From: an uncultured Candidatus Binatia bacterium
Lineage (GTDB): Bacteria; Desulfobacterota; Binatia; Bin18
Direction: 5' to 3'
NCBI GenBank assembly: GCA_965232605.1
Contig: CBDDQA010000006.1
Span: forward strand, 318,556 to 382,555
DNA: 64,000 nucleotides
Position numbers and translations under genes: made by a program. The notes beneath the pieces are model-generated. The model made no database searches. It was not told the origin of the DNA and worked only from the letters and a program-made list of their open reading frames with translations. This document shows, piece by piece, positions 1-10,560 of the stretch. The stretch's first letter is position 1. Each line of letters begins with the position of its first letter.

Positions 1-76
1 CGTCTCTATGCCAGCCCAATCCCACCTGCAAAACAGGCTGGCCGCGATCATTCGTCGTGCGTCGAAGCTGCGTCGG

Positions 77-1093
77 CTAGTGTATGTGCGGCACGATGTG
101 CGAGGTAAAAAGATCGAGCGATCTTTGGCTTTCCTCCAGACTCAGTGAGCCCCAGGCGAACGAACCGACGAAATAATTGATCCCACTCTCCGAGACCAAT
201 TGCTGGATTTGATCCCGGACTTTGTCGACCGAGCCGACCAGGATCGTTTCTCCCGCGAGGCAGGCGTCCCAGGCGAAAAAATTGTCGTAGGCGTGATCAT
301 TGTGCTGATGCCAGAGCTGCATGATTGATTTGTACCAATCATCGTACGCCGGCTTCGCCACCGCAAAGGCTTGTTCGTCGGTCTCCGCCACATAGATTTG
401 GCGCATTGCGCCCAGTTTCAGCGTGTCGGTGTCGCCATTGCCGCCGTCAGCGGCGACTGCTCGATATCGAGCCAGGAGATTCGTGATGAGCGACGGTGGA
501 CCAAGGGTCATGAAGTGCATGCCCTCACGCGCGGCAAATTCGACCCCGGCTTCACTGAACGATGGATACCAGAGCGGTGGATACGGGTCCTGGAACGGTT
601 TGAGCGTCATCGGCACATCGCGAAACTCGAAATGTTTCCCGGCGTAATTCAGGACATCGTTGCACATCCCCTGACGGAATATCTCGAGGACTTCGGTGAA
701 AATTTCCCGGGTCTCTTCCGGATCGACACTGTAGGTCGCGATTTCGTACGGTGACACGCCACGGCTGATGCCGAGTTCCATGCGCCCGTTCGAAAGGTGG
801 TCCAGCATGCAGACTTCCTCTATGAGGCGCAGTGGATGATACATTGGTAATAAATACGCCATAGGGCTGAAGCGGATATGCTTGGTCCTCTGCGCGAGCG
901 CCGCGAAGAACACCGATGGAGAGGGCGCCATACCGAGCGGAGTCGAATGGTGTTCCGCCAGATGATAGCCGTAAAAATTGGCCTTGTCCGCCGATTCGAT
1001 TAGTTTGAGACGCGACTCGTACAGATCACCGACCGAATTCGAGCCGCGATCAACCCAGTCGAACATCCCGAATTCGATTTTTGCTGACATCAC
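77..1093 (-). CDS. LLM class flavin-dependent oxidoreductase (luciferase-like monooxygenase)
   Basis: 338 aa ORF with LLM motifs: LAEHHSTP, PSPSVFFAALAQRT, HPLRLIEEVCMLDHLSNGRMELGISRG. Confidence 0.9.
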   Translation of the reverse strand: MMSAKIEFGMFDWVDRGSNSVGDLYESRLKLIESADKANFYGYHLAEHHSTPLGMAPSPSVFFAALAQRTKHIRFSPMAYLLPMYHPLRLIEEVCMLDHLSNGRMELGISRGVSPYEIATYSVDPEETREIFTEVLEIFRQGMCNDVLNYAGKHFEFRDVPMTLKPFQDPYPPLWYPSFSEAGVEFAAREGMHFMTLGPPSLITNLLARYRAVAADGGNGDTDTLKLGAMRQIYVAETDEQAFAVAKPAYDDWYKSIMQLWHQHNDHAYDNFFAWDACLAGETILVGSVDKVRDQIQQLVSESGINYFVGSFAWGSLSLEESQRSLDLFTSHIVPHIH

Positions 1094-1209
1094 GGATTCT
1101 CCTTTTCCATGCTCACGCTCGCCACGCGTTCCTATATGAAAAGATTATTGATGCTATGGCCGCCAAGGGCATCCAGATGATTTCTATGATCAAATGCCAG
1201 CCGGGGGGA

Positions 1210-3573
1210 TCAGCCCCTCTCAGTTGCCAGCTCATTATCGGTAGTTGGTTGGGAAAACACCGTTATGGGGTGCTCTGGCCCCTCATAGAGCTCTATATCA
1301 ACCAAAGTGGTATTCGCTGAGCACCCTTGAGAGAGACGGGAAGACCCCTTATCCAGGGTCAGCATGTTGGGGTTCCCGTGTACATCCAAACTCCCAATCT
1401 GACCCGGCCGCTCCGGGTCATACCACGCCCCGGTATGGAGTTGCACGACACCTGGACGCACCGTATTCGAGATCACTGCTCCCGCCAGACACGCACCACG
1501 GTCATTAAAGACTTTCACCAGATCGCCGTCCTTAATATCACGGCGCTCAGCATCTTCTGGACTCAACCTGATCGGCTCACGCTGACGAATTTTACTCTCG
1601 ACACTGACTTTGCCATGATCAAACTGACTGTGAAGACGCTTACCGGGGTTTGGAGAAATCAAATGGAGCGGGTATTTCTTCGCCTTTGGCGAACCCAGCC
1701 ATTCTTCTGGCTCCAACCAGGCTGGATGCCCGAGACAATCCTCGTAGTGAAAACCGTCGATGTCGGCTGAAAAAATTTCGATCTTACCGCTAGGGGTCGC
1801 TAATGGATTTTCTTCAGGGTTTTTTCTGAACAATTGCAGAGTGCCCCCAGGCAGAAAAACATCATCCGGAAGTTGCTGAGCAGTATGCAGCTCAATCTGC
1901 TCACCGTCCCAAAACTCATCGAAACTTGGCAATTGGTAACCAAATGCGGCAGCATTATCTTTCGAAATTGTGTAAAGGTACTTCAACCACTGTTCCTCAT
2001 CGCGGTTTTCCGTAAAATCGTCTGCAAAGCCGAGTCGCTCGGAAAGCCCACTAAAAATCTGATAGTCCGAACGTGATTGCCTGTAGGGCCTAACCGCTTG
2101 CCGCATGGGAATTAAAAAGTTCGTCGCGGAATTGCAGCCCAAATCATTGCGTTCCAGCATCGTCGAGGCAGGGAAAACAATGTCGGCATGGCGTGCACTG
2201 GCGTTCCAAAAATGATCATTAATAATGATTGTGTCCGGCTTGCGCCACGCTTCCAGTAAACGGTTAATATCTTGATGGTGGTGAAAGGGATTGCCTCCTG
2301 CCCAATAAATGAGTTGAATATCAGGATACTGGTAACGTCCACCGTCGTAGTCAAACTCTGCACCGGGATTCAGCAGCATATCGGCCAATCTGGCAAAGGG
2401 AATAAACGTGCTCACGTCGTTCTCGCCCTGCGGTAATGCCGCCCACTTAAAGGGTAAAGCCCATTCTGTGCCCAAATCGTGAGTGCAGTTGTATCCCAAC
2501 GTAATCCCTCGACCCGGCAAACCAATCTGTCCCAACATCGCCGCCAAAGCGATACCCGCCCACCACGGCTGCTCACCCTTGTCAGCGCGTTGTACTGACC
2601 AACTGACCGAAATCATGGCGCGGCTGTTGGCCATGCGTCGGGCGAGGTCTCTTATTTTATCCGCTGGCACGCCACAGATAGACTCAGCCCACTCAACATT
2701 CTTGGGTTGACCATCAGTCTCACCGAGCAGGTAAGACAAAAACTGTTCAAAACCGACACAGTATTTGTCCAGAAACGCTTTGTCATGCAAATTCTCTACG
2801 ACCAAAGTATGGGACAGAGCCAGCATGATTGCTGTATCGGTATTCGGAATGGCGGCAAGCCACTCGGCGCCGACGGAGTCGGCTACATCATCTTGAACCG
2901 GGCTGATATTAACAAATTTGACCCCAGCCCCTTTTGCTGCCTGCATATGGCTGAAACTCGTATGCGCAGCAAGTCCTCCCGGAGAAGTATCAGCGTTTTT
3001 TGCAGAGGCCCCACCAAAGAGAACCACCAGTTCCGTATGCTCCGCCACCAGTTTCCAGGGCTGAGCTTGTAATGACAATGGATAGCCTTCTACTCCCAAT
3101 ACACGTCGAGTGATTACGTTACCCGCACCCAACGAGTAACTGTCTACTCCATCGGTATAGCCGCCAAACATTTTCATGAATCGGTGCAACTGGCCCAGGG
3201 CGTGATGAAATCGGCCCGCACTACCCCAACCATAGTCACCAGCATAAATGGCTTCATTGCCGTACCCCGACTTCACCCGTTGCAAGGCATCTGCAGCAAT
3301 ATCCAACGCAGCCTCCCAATCAACAGGCACAAATGGTTCGCCCCCTCGTCTGCTGCGGTCGCTGTTCTCCCGCTTCTCCAGATAGCTTTTGCGTATCATC
3401 GGCTGGGAAATCCGACAGGTCTCGTCTAAGGCGTTCATCAGCGAGGGCCCCATAGGCGATGGGTATTCGTCCTGCTCTACCGGAATAACGGAAGTAATTG
3501 TATCTCCCGCGCTTTCCACCAGATAATTGCCCCAGTGGGTTGAGGTAGGGGTCATTCGGTTTTCCTTTGGCAT
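1210..3573 (-). CDS. Molybdopterin-dependent oxidoreductase, BisC/DMSO-TMAO reductase family, apparently cytoplasmic
   Basis: Starts STHWG; contains YGWGSAGRFHHA, GGYT..DSYSLGAG, TPSGKIEIFS, and a C-terminal molydopterin-binding domain RLHSQ...GNPNMLT.D.GSSRLSQG. No twin-arginine leader. Confidence 0.9.
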   Translation of the reverse strand: MPKENRMTPTSTHWGNYLVESAGDTITSVIPVEQDEYPSPMGPSLMNALDETCRISQPMIRKSYLEKRENSDRSRRGGEPFVPVDWEAALDIAADALQRVKSGYGNEAIYAGDYGWGSAGRFHHALGQLHRFMKMFGGYTDGVDSYSLGAGNVITRRVLGVEGYPLSLQAQPWKLVAEHTELVVLFGGASAKNADTSPGGLAAHTSFSHMQAAKGAGVKFVNISPVQDDVADSVGAEWLAAIPNTDTAIMLALSHTLVVENLHDKAFLDKYCVGFEQFLSYLLGETDGQPKNVEWAESICGVPADKIRDLARRMANSRAMISVSWSVQRADKGEQPWWAGIALAAMLGQIGLPGRGITLGYNCTHDLGTEWALPFKWAALPQGENDVSTFIPFARLADMLLNPGAEFDYDGGRYQYPDIQLIYWAGGNPFHHHQDINRLLEAWRKPDTIIINDHFWNASARHADIVFPASTMLERNDLGCNSATNFLIPMRQAVRPYRQSRSDYQIFSGLSERLGFADDFTENRDEEQWLKYLYTISKDNAAAFGYQLPSFDEFWDGEQIELHTAQQLPDDVFLPGGTLQLFRKNPEENPLATPSGKIEIFSADIDGFHYEDCLGHPAWLEPEEWLGSPKAKKYPLHLISPNPGKRLHSQFDHGKVSVESKIRQREPIRLSPEDAERRDIKDGDLVKVFNDRGACLAGAVISNTVRPGVVQLHTGAWYDPERPGQIGSLDVHGNPNMLTLDKGSSRLSQGCSANTTLVDIELYEGPEHPITVFSQPTTDNELATERG

Positions 3574-3710
3574 AGTGAATATCCTTAGCTGGTTTGTACT
3601 TCAGACGGGTAGCAGCGCTAAATTCATATCGTTGAATAGGCTATCCAGCTCTACGGCTTACTACTGAAATCGGGGCTTCTTGCATACAGGATGATCCTCG
3701 ACATTCCTGA

Positions 3711-4202
3711 TTACAAGAGGACGGACTTGTTCTTATGGCCTGACCACTTCGGCAGATCATCGTGCATATCCATGACCCGCATCCCATAGAAAATATGACA
3801 CGTGGGTGTGAAGCTCGGTGGCACCTGGGGCGGGCGCCCGAAATCAAACAGGGAGGGAAACGCCAGCCACATCTTGCGGCCCTCATCCGCAATCAGCGTT
3901 CCACACACGGCACAGCTGACTTTGCAGGGGAGCATATGCTCATACTGCTGCCACTCGCTATTGTAGAAGCGGAGTTGAGCGATGCCGTGCGTGATGCGCA
4001 CGTGGCGTTTGTGAAAAATGGCGGCCCACTGCATAGGTGCGCCGTGCAGTGCCTGGCAGACCACGCAGTGACAGATTTTCGCGTCAACCGGATCTGCGCT
4101 CACTTCGTATTGGACGGCCTGACAGTAGCATCCGGCACGGTATTTTGCCGTAAAGGTCGTGTCCTCAATCGACGCAAATGCGTCTCCAAATTCTTTTTGC
4201 AT
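3711..4202 (-). CDS. GFA / CENP-V family Zn-binding protein
   Basis: GCYCQAV...ICHCVVCQ...SCAVCGT...PTCHIFY pattern. Confidence 0.85.
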   Translation of the reverse strand: MQKEFGDAFASIEDTTFTAKYRAGCYCQAVQYEVSADPVDAKICHCVVCQALHGAPMQWAAIFHKRHVRITHGIAQLRFYNSEWQQYEHMLPCKVSCAVCGTLIADEGRKMWLAFPSLFDFGRPPQVPPSFTPTCHIFYGMRVMDMHDDLPKWSGHKNKSVLL

Positions 4203-4214
4203 AAGGACGCTGCC

Positions 4215-5225
4215 CTACTCCTCCGTACGGGGGAGGTTCAAGCTGGCCTCGGCCAGGCACACGAGCGAGCCCAGTTGATTGGTCCCACGTACGGTACAGC
4301 CGACCCGACAGTGATCTCCCATGGCCTGGGCCGCCGTCACTTCGCCCTGCAGGGTCACCACATGCCCGGCCCGAAACGGCTCGATCGCACGCATGAGCAA
4401 GCGGCCGCCGGAGTAAAACGCGGACAGCGGAAACGACAGAGTGAGCATCTGCTCCACGTAGGACATGGAGGCCGGCCCGGCGTTGACGGCCCCGCCAAAA
4501 ATGTTCTGGCGCGCAAACTCCTCATCCGTATGGATATTGCTCGTCATGAGCCGGCCCGCCAACTGGATATCGTTATAGCCCAGAATCGTGTCCTGGCTCT
4601 CCGTGACCCGGAGCGCCGGTAGCGCAGTGCCCTCCGTGGCGTGCTCGGCCGTTAGGACCCGACGCGCTTCGGCCACAGGCTGCCCTGGCTTGACTGTCGT
4701 CCCCCCCGTCTCGGCTTCTCCTGAGGCGGGTACGGTCTTCTGTCCCTGGGCGTAGGCGAAGATGCAGGTGTAATCGTAGTCGGCGACCATGACTCCGCGT
4801 TGGTTCACCGCTTCCACGCGAAAGGTCACAAACCTGCTGCCGCGTCGTTCATACTTGTCCAGGACCCGACGGGTGGCGGTGATGCAATCACCGACCGCGA
4901 CCGGTGCATGCCACCGAACGTCGCACTTGGCAAACGGCGTCTGGCGGCGCGCGGTCTTGGAGTCTTCGAGCGCCACAAAACCGTTGTTCTCCGCCAAGTC
5001 GTAGCGCAGCAGCGGCGCGTAGGCTAACACCATGCTGGGCATGGCCAGGACTGCGGCCGGGTGTGTCGCCTCGTTGGTCTGATCCAGTTCCGACCCACGG
5101 GCGTGTTGGGTGGCCTGGGCGTACTCGCGCAGCGTATCCATGGTGATGGTGACCGTGGTCTCGGTTCCGGTCTGACCAATGGCCACCGCGTCATAGTCCC
5201 ATAGTTTCTCGGGCTCGTTGGGCAT
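4215..5225 (-). CDS. Double MaoC/hot-dog fold dehydratase-like protein
   Basis: Two hot-dog-like halves: PVAVGDCITATRRVLDKYERRGSRFVTF and NIHTDEEFARQNIFGGAVNAG. Confidence 0.7.
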   Translation of the reverse strand: MPNEPEKLWDYDAVAIGQTGTETTVTITMDTLREYAQATQHARGSELDQTNEATHPAAVLAMPSMVLAYAPLLRYDLAENNGFVALEDSKTARRQTPFAKCDVRWHAPVAVGDCITATRRVLDKYERRGSRFVTFRVEAVNQRGVMVADYDYTCIFAYAQGQKTVPASGEAETGGTTVKPGQPVAEARRVLTAEHATEGTALPALRVTESQDTILGYNDIQLAGRLMTSNIHTDEEFARQNIFGGAVNAGPASMSYVEQMLTLSFPLSAFYSGGRLLMRAIEPFRAGHVVTLQGEVTAAQAMGDHCRVGCTVRGTNQLGSLVCLAEASLNLPRTEE

Positions 5226-5373
5226 GCGTCCCTCCCTGCTCGTCCGTCCGGGGCTCCAGCCTACGCGAGACTGCTCCGGGGTGCAATTTGCGCTCGCTTG
5301 CCAAGAGACGACTCCGTAAGGGTATAAGGGGGAAAGCCCCCTGGGACGACCGGCAGAGGAAAGGAGCAGAGCA

Positions 5374-5745
5374 ATGAGTGCAATTGGAGAGAAAATTTCA
5401 GACTACACCGGGCAGGTCACGTCGGTGACGCTGACGGAGGCCGGCTCCATTATGAATGCCGAGGGAGAAGCCGGACCGTTCGGCACCTACCTGTATACGG
5501 CAACGTTCGGTCCGGCGGTGGGTCCGACGGGAGAAACGGGCCCACTGACGGGCCGGGTCCAGGATTTTCGCCCGGATGGCAGCGTGGTCCCCCAAGTCGT
5601 CACGGGAGTGTGGCGTAAGAGCGGGCTCCGCCAGTGGGAGGTGAAGGCGATCAACATGGCCGCAGACGGGACGTGCCTTTTCTTCGTCGAAGTGTGGGAT
5701 TTGGCGACACGGTCGCTCTCGGGCACGATCTACGCCTTGGACTAA
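5374..5745 (+). CDS. Hypothetical protein (123 aa, predicted beta-rich)
   Basis: Clean ORF with AAGGAG RBS just upstream; no recognised motif. Confidence 0.7.
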   Translation: MSAIGEKISDYTGQVTSVTLTEAGSIMNAEGEAGPFGTYLYTATFGPAVGPTGETGPLTGRVQDFRPDGSVVPQVVTGVWRKSGLRQWEVKAINMAADGTCLFFVEVWDLATRSLSGTIYALD

Positions 5746-5899
5746 GCTTCATCGCCTCCGAGATTCAAGCTCCAGAGGCGATGATGGCCGTTGACAGGCT
5801 ATTTTCAGCGGGGTATCTCACGTCCACCATATCCGCCGCCGGGTTGTTCCCCGGTTGCACCTCGCAATAGCAAGCCGTCCAGACCAATAGAGCCCTGTT

Positions 5900-7081
5900 A
5901 TGAGTCAAGAAGGAAAACCATTTCTGTTGCAGCTGTCCGCGGATCACCTGCTGACCCAGGCGCGCGAGCTGACCGGTATCGATCTCATCGACGAAGCGGC
6001 CGTGGAACCGCTGCGGATTTTACACGCCGCGTATAACACCGACGCCTGCCTGCACGAACAGGGCGTGGTCGCCATTGAAAAGAAACTCCTGCGCCTGCTC
6101 TGTAATCGCTTGCGGATGCAGCGGGACTTTGCCCGGCACCCGGAAATTGCCGAGGTCGAGATTCACAGTCCGACCTTTGTCTATGGCCAGCTGAGAAGCG
6201 GCACCACAAAGATACAGAAGCTCCTGGCGGCCTCCGGAGATTTTCACTATCTTCCCTTCTGGCAGACGTATCACCCGTCGCTGCTCACCGGGTCCAGAAC
6301 GGAGTCACCCCAACCCCGGATTGAGGAAGCGGACACCTTTATCCGCTGGTTCGATCACATGTCACCGGATGCCAAGTTGGGGCACCGGTTCCAAACCTTT
6401 GAACCGGAGGAGGAAAGCCTCTTACTCGAACACAGCCTGGTCAGCGGCGTATTCATCGCGTTCAATACGATGAGCAGTTATATGCAGTGGTTTGCCACCC
6501 AGAACCCGACCATGACCGTCGAATACCTGCGCGATATGCTGAAATACCTGCAATGGCAATCGGGTGAAAACAAGCCCTGGGTCTTAAAAAGTCCGCTGTG
6601 GTGCGGCCTGGAACCGTTTATTGTGGAGGTCTTTCCGGATGCCCGCCTGCTCATGACCCATCGCACTCCGCACAAGACCATCCCCAGCCTGTTCCGCTTA
6701 CTCGATACCTTTCACGCCCCGTTTTCCGACAAGCCCCCGGAGTATGAAACGCTCAGAATGGGGCTCGCGATGGGCATGGAGCAGCATCTCAAGGTCCGGC
6801 AAAGCCGGCCAGACATCAAGATTCTGGACATTCCCTATAATGAAGTCACCGGCCCCAGTGAGGCCGTGGCCACCAAGGTCTATCACTTCTGTGGCATGCC
6901 CTTGCGTGAGGAGGCCCTGCAAAATATACGCAACTGGGAGGCGGCGAATCCCATCCACAAATTAGGCGCGTTCACCTATGACCCGGCGGACTATCAGCTG
7001 ACACCAGACCTGATTAAGCAGGACTTTGCCTCGTATCTGGAGTTCCTCAACAGCACGTTTCCCTCATTGTTTATTGAGTGA
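5900..7081 (+). CDS. Sulfotransferase family protein
   Basis: PAPS-loop-like GQLRSGTTKIQ, WVLKSP, FPDARLLMTHR. Confidence 0.85.
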   Translation: MSQEGKPFLLQLSADHLLTQARELTGIDLIDEAAVEPLRILHAAYNTDACLHEQGVVAIEKKLLRLLCNRLRMQRDFARHPEIAEVEIHSPTFVYGQLRSGTTKIQKLLAASGDFHYLPFWQTYHPSLLTGSRTESPQPRIEEADTFIRWFDHMSPDAKLGHRFQTFEPEEESLLLEHSLVSGVFIAFNTMSSYMQWFATQNPTMTVEYLRDMLKYLQWQSGENKPWVLKSPLWCGLEPFIVEVFPDARLLMTHRTPHKTIPSLFRLLDTFHAPFSDKPPEYETLRMGLAMGMEQHLKVRQSRPDIKILDIPYNEVTGPSEAVATKVYHFCGMPLREEALQNIRNWEAANPIHKLGAFTYDPADYQLTPDLIKQDFASYLEFLNSTFPSLFIE

Positions 7082-7189
7082 GCTCGCCCGCGCAATAAAC
7101 AATGCCGGGCGTGGGATCGGGTGATACGGGCTCTTGCAAAGACACACCCGGTGTGACACCATCGGCTATCTTTAACCGGAGGGCATGTT

Positions 7190-8455
7190 ATGGGGCTTCA
7201 TACCATCGAGAACAACACTGTAGGGGTTAATTCGTCGGCCTATGTGCCTTCTCTCCAACTCACCGTCGGACAGCCGGCACCCATCGCGGCGAACGGCGGT
7301 TTGTCCTATATGTCGTTCGATCAGGACGGGGATGCGGGAACCGCGGCGGCGATGGAGGCGGCGATCCGCCAGGTTGCCGAGGGCGAAGGGCAAGCGGTCA
7401 TCGACATGATCGAGAACGCCCCTCCCGGCCCGATCGAGACCAGGTGGGGTCTTGGGTTTCGGAGCTACGACGAGTGCCTGGACTATATTCGGGCGAACAA
7501 CATCCAAGCTCCCGAAGGCGGCGTCGCACTGCCGCTACGCTACACGGTCTACGAGCAGCCGTCCTACTCGGTCGTCTCGTCCAACGCCATCTGGCGGGAC
7601 CCGGCGCGCGCGGATGTAGCCAAAATGTTTCGCCAAGAAGAGCAGGAGATCGGGCGGAGAGGTCTCTATTTTCCGCAAATCCTGCGCGACGCGCGACGGA
7701 TGGAAGAGTACTATCCCGGTCTCTCGCCCACGAGCCCTGAGTGCATGGACAAACTCGGCGTCTCGCTCGCCCACTGCGAATCGAAATGCCAGAACTTCTA
7801 CGATGCCGCCGAGGTCGAGCGCGTATTCTACCCGGAGATCGAGAAACTCCTGCTCGATTTCTTCCCCGGTGCGACTGATGCGCTCGTGTACAACCACGAC
7901 GTGTTTGACAAGGACTACAAGGGCACCGTCAAGGAAGATCAGGACAACAAGGACCCGGGGGTCAACACCTTCTACGCCAACATCGTCCACAACGACCTGA
8001 ATGACAACAGTGGCCGGGTACGCTGCCGTGAGCTGCTGACCAAGAACCTGCGCAACTTCGGGCGCACCCAGCACTACACCGAGGCCGAGGCCGACGCGAA
8101 GATGGCGCGGCGGTTCATGTCGATCAACCTGGCCAAGCCGATGGAGACCGTGGGCCAGCACCCCTTCGTGCTGTGCGCCTGGCCGTCTTTCGCCGACCAG
8201 CCGTACATCACCAACTACCGCATCTATGACGACCGCGTGGGCGAGACGACCCGCTTCACCTACCGTCCCGAGCACGAGTGGTACTGGCTTCCGCAGCAGA
8301 CCTCGACCGAAGTGTCGATGCTCAAGTGCTATGACTCGGTGACGGACGGCTCGGTGTCACGCTGGTCGTTCCACTCGGCCTGCATTGACCCGACTGCACC
8401 CAAGGACGCCCCGTGCCGCAAGAACGTCGTCGTGCGATCCTATATCTTCTTCTAA
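7190..8455 (+). CDS. CmcJ/NvfI-family oxidoreductase with long N-terminal extension (copy 1)
   Basis: YPEIEKLL...VHND...INLAKP...PFVLC...WYWLPQQTSTEVSMLKCYDS...FHSACIDP...RKNVVVRS; GGAGG RBS. Confidence 0.8.
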   Translation: MGLHTIENNTVGVNSSAYVPSLQLTVGQPAPIAANGGLSYMSFDQDGDAGTAAAMEAAIRQVAEGEGQAVIDMIENAPPGPIETRWGLGFRSYDECLDYIRANNIQAPEGGVALPLRYTVYEQPSYSVVSSNAIWRDPARADVAKMFRQEEQEIGRRGLYFPQILRDARRMEEYYPGLSPTSPECMDKLGVSLAHCESKCQNFYDAAEVERVFYPEIEKLLLDFFPGATDALVYNHDVFDKDYKGTVKEDQDNKDPGVNTFYANIVHNDLNDNSGRVRCRELLTKNLRNFGRTQHYTEAEADAKMARRFMSINLAKPMETVGQHPFVLCAWPSFADQPYITNYRIYDDRVGETTRFTYRPEHEWYWLPQQTSTEVSMLKCYDSVTDGSVSRWSFHSACIDPTAPKDAPCRKNVVVRSYIFF

Positions 8456-8618
8456 GAAGACAACCCGACGTAGCGCTCTCCTCGCTGCGTCGGGGAGAGC
8501 AGGGACGTAGCAATCTTTTACCCGGCGGGTGAGGGCCGGTTGCCAACGTGCAGCCCCTACTTGCTCGCGCTGACAGATTTCCCGGCTCGAGGTATTCACC
8601 GCATCTTAGAGGGACAAA

Positions 8619-9797
8619 TTGACGACATACGAACCTTTCACGGTTGACATTCCGGAAACGGCTCTCGTAGATCTTCGCGAGCGTCTGCAACGGACTCGAC
8701 TGGCGCCGGAGTTCGCGAACGATGATTGGCGCTTCGGCACGAATGGGGCCTATTTGCAGGAACTGCTGGACTATTGGGCGACAGATTTCGACTGGCGCGC
8801 ACAAGAAGCTGCGATCAACCAGTTTTCGAACTACAAAACGACGATTGACGGCGTTCCTATTCACTTCATCTATGAAAAAGGCAAGGGCCCGAACCCGACG
8901 CCGCTGATATTAAGCCATGGCTGGCCTTGGACGTTCTGGGATTGGCACAAAGTTATCGGTCCGCTCACTGATCCCGTGGCCTACGGTGGCGATCCAGCAG
9001 ATTCATTTGATGTCATCGTGCCGTCCCTGCCAGGCTTTGGTTTTTCGACACCACTGACGACGACCGGGTTCAATTTCTGGCGCTCTGCTGATCTATGGGT
9101 CTCACTCATGCGCGAGGTGCTGGGTTACGACAAATTTGCCGCCGGCGGAGGAGACTGGGGTTCGCTCACAACCGCCCAACTGGGACATAAATACGCCGAG
9201 CACATGATTGGCGTGTACCTGCTTTTGATGGCGCCGCTCACGCTCTTCAACGTGCCGCTCAGCACATTACCCGAAGAATCGGAGTTCTCCGCAGATGAAG
9301 CCGGTTGGTACGAACGAAACCAGAATTTTTTTACGGACGGAAGCGGCTATTCGGCCATTCAATCGACGAGACCCCAGACTATTGCCTACGCAATGAACGA
9401 CTCGCCCGCCGGGTTATGCGCCTGGCTCCTGGAGAAACGCCGCAGCTGGAGCGATTGCGGCGGCAATGTCGAGAGCCGCTTCAGCAAAGATGACCTGCTG
9501 ACGGGGATCAGTATCTACTGGTTCACCCAGTCGTATGGAACCTCGGCACGCTACTACTATGAGTGTACACACAACCAGTGGCAGCCAGCGCATGATCGGA
9601 CCCCGGTGGTTGAGGCCCCGGCTGGAGTTGGCGTGTTTTCAGAAGAGGCGTTCTTCATGCCACGGAGCTGGGCTGAGCGTTATTACAATCTTCAACATTG
9701 GACGATGATGAAACCTGGCGGGCACTTTGCGCCGATGGAAGAGCCACAGGCGCTTACTGAGGACATACGGACCTTCTTTCGCTCATTGCGGGGATAG
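8619..9797 (+). CDS. Epoxide hydrolase (EHN N-terminal domain, alpha/beta hydrolase)
   Basis: PFTVDIP..LVDLRERLQRTR, HGWPWTF, PSLPGFGFS, GGDWGS, GGHFAPMEEP; TTG start after GAGG. Confidence 0.92.
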   Translation: MTTYEPFTVDIPETALVDLRERLQRTRLAPEFANDDWRFGTNGAYLQELLDYWATDFDWRAQEAAINQFSNYKTTIDGVPIHFIYEKGKGPNPTPLILSHGWPWTFWDWHKVIGPLTDPVAYGGDPADSFDVIVPSLPGFGFSTPLTTTGFNFWRSADLWVSLMREVLGYDKFAAGGGDWGSLTTAQLGHKYAEHMIGVYLLLMAPLTLFNVPLSTLPEESEFSADEAGWYERNQNFFTDGSGYSAIQSTRPQTIAYAMNDSPAGLCAWLLEKRRSWSDCGGNVESRFSKDDLLTGISIYWFTQSYGTSARYYYECTHNQWQPAHDRTPVVEAPAGVGVFSEEAFFMPRSWAERYYNLQHWTMMKPGGHFAPMEEPQALTEDIRTFFRSLRG

Positions 9798-9960
9798 TGT
9801 CCACCCAGAAACCGCGATCAATAACGACGCCGAACGTAGTGCGCGCGCCGCTTCAGCACGGAAAATTCATACTCAAGCCCAACAGATGTACAAAACCAGT
9901 GAACGGGCTCTCATCGGAACAACCTGCTCAAGAGCGTCAGTGAGGAGGCGCGCTGCTCCG

Positions 9961-10407
9961 TCAGGCTAGGATAGCCTGAAATTCCTTCTCTGTTGGCTGG
10001 GTCTCGAACTTCGGAATCGCGGGGTTCATCGCATCCCACGGTTGGGCACTGGCCGTCCAAATATCGGCGGCAGGCCGCACCCAACTCGGATCATCCAAAC
10101 TCCCGGCGCGGAGGGACATCATGGCGGGATACGCCGACGGGAGGGCGACCAGCGGGGAGCTACACGTCGGACAGAAGCCATGGCGGACCGAGGTCCCGCG
10201 CTCCCCAACCGTCTCATAGTATTGAGGGCTCCCTTGGGTGAACTGCACCTGGGCGGCAGGAACACCAACGACGGTACTGTATGCGCTGCCCGTGATACGT
10301 TGGCAGTCACGACAGTGACAATTGAGAGACATCATAGGCTCAGCCGAACATGCATACCGAACCGCGCCACACGTGCACCCACCCGTAAAGGGAGTTGAAA
10401 CCGGCAT
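9961..10407 (-). CDS. GFA / CENP-V family protein
   Basis: GGCTCGAVRY...CHCRDCQR...FCPTCSS. Confidence 0.9.
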   Translation of the reverse strand: MPVSTPFTGGCTCGAVRYACSAEPMMSLNCHCRDCQRITGSAYSTVVGVPAAQVQFTQGSPQYYETVGERGTSVRHGFCPTCSSPLVALPSAYPAMMSLRAGSLDDPSWVRPAADIWTASAQPWDAMNPAIPKFETQPTEKEFQAILA

Positions 10408-10560
10408 AATAGAACCCTCCTTTTGCCTACGGCCTTAGCAGGGTGGCGTGTGTGTCACAAGTCGAAAGGCGAAGGTGGTATTGGTAGCCCTGGCAGAAGC
10501 TGATTCTTGTCCTGACTTGTGGTAGATGAGGATGAGAATACATTTTCGAGGGGCGCAAGG

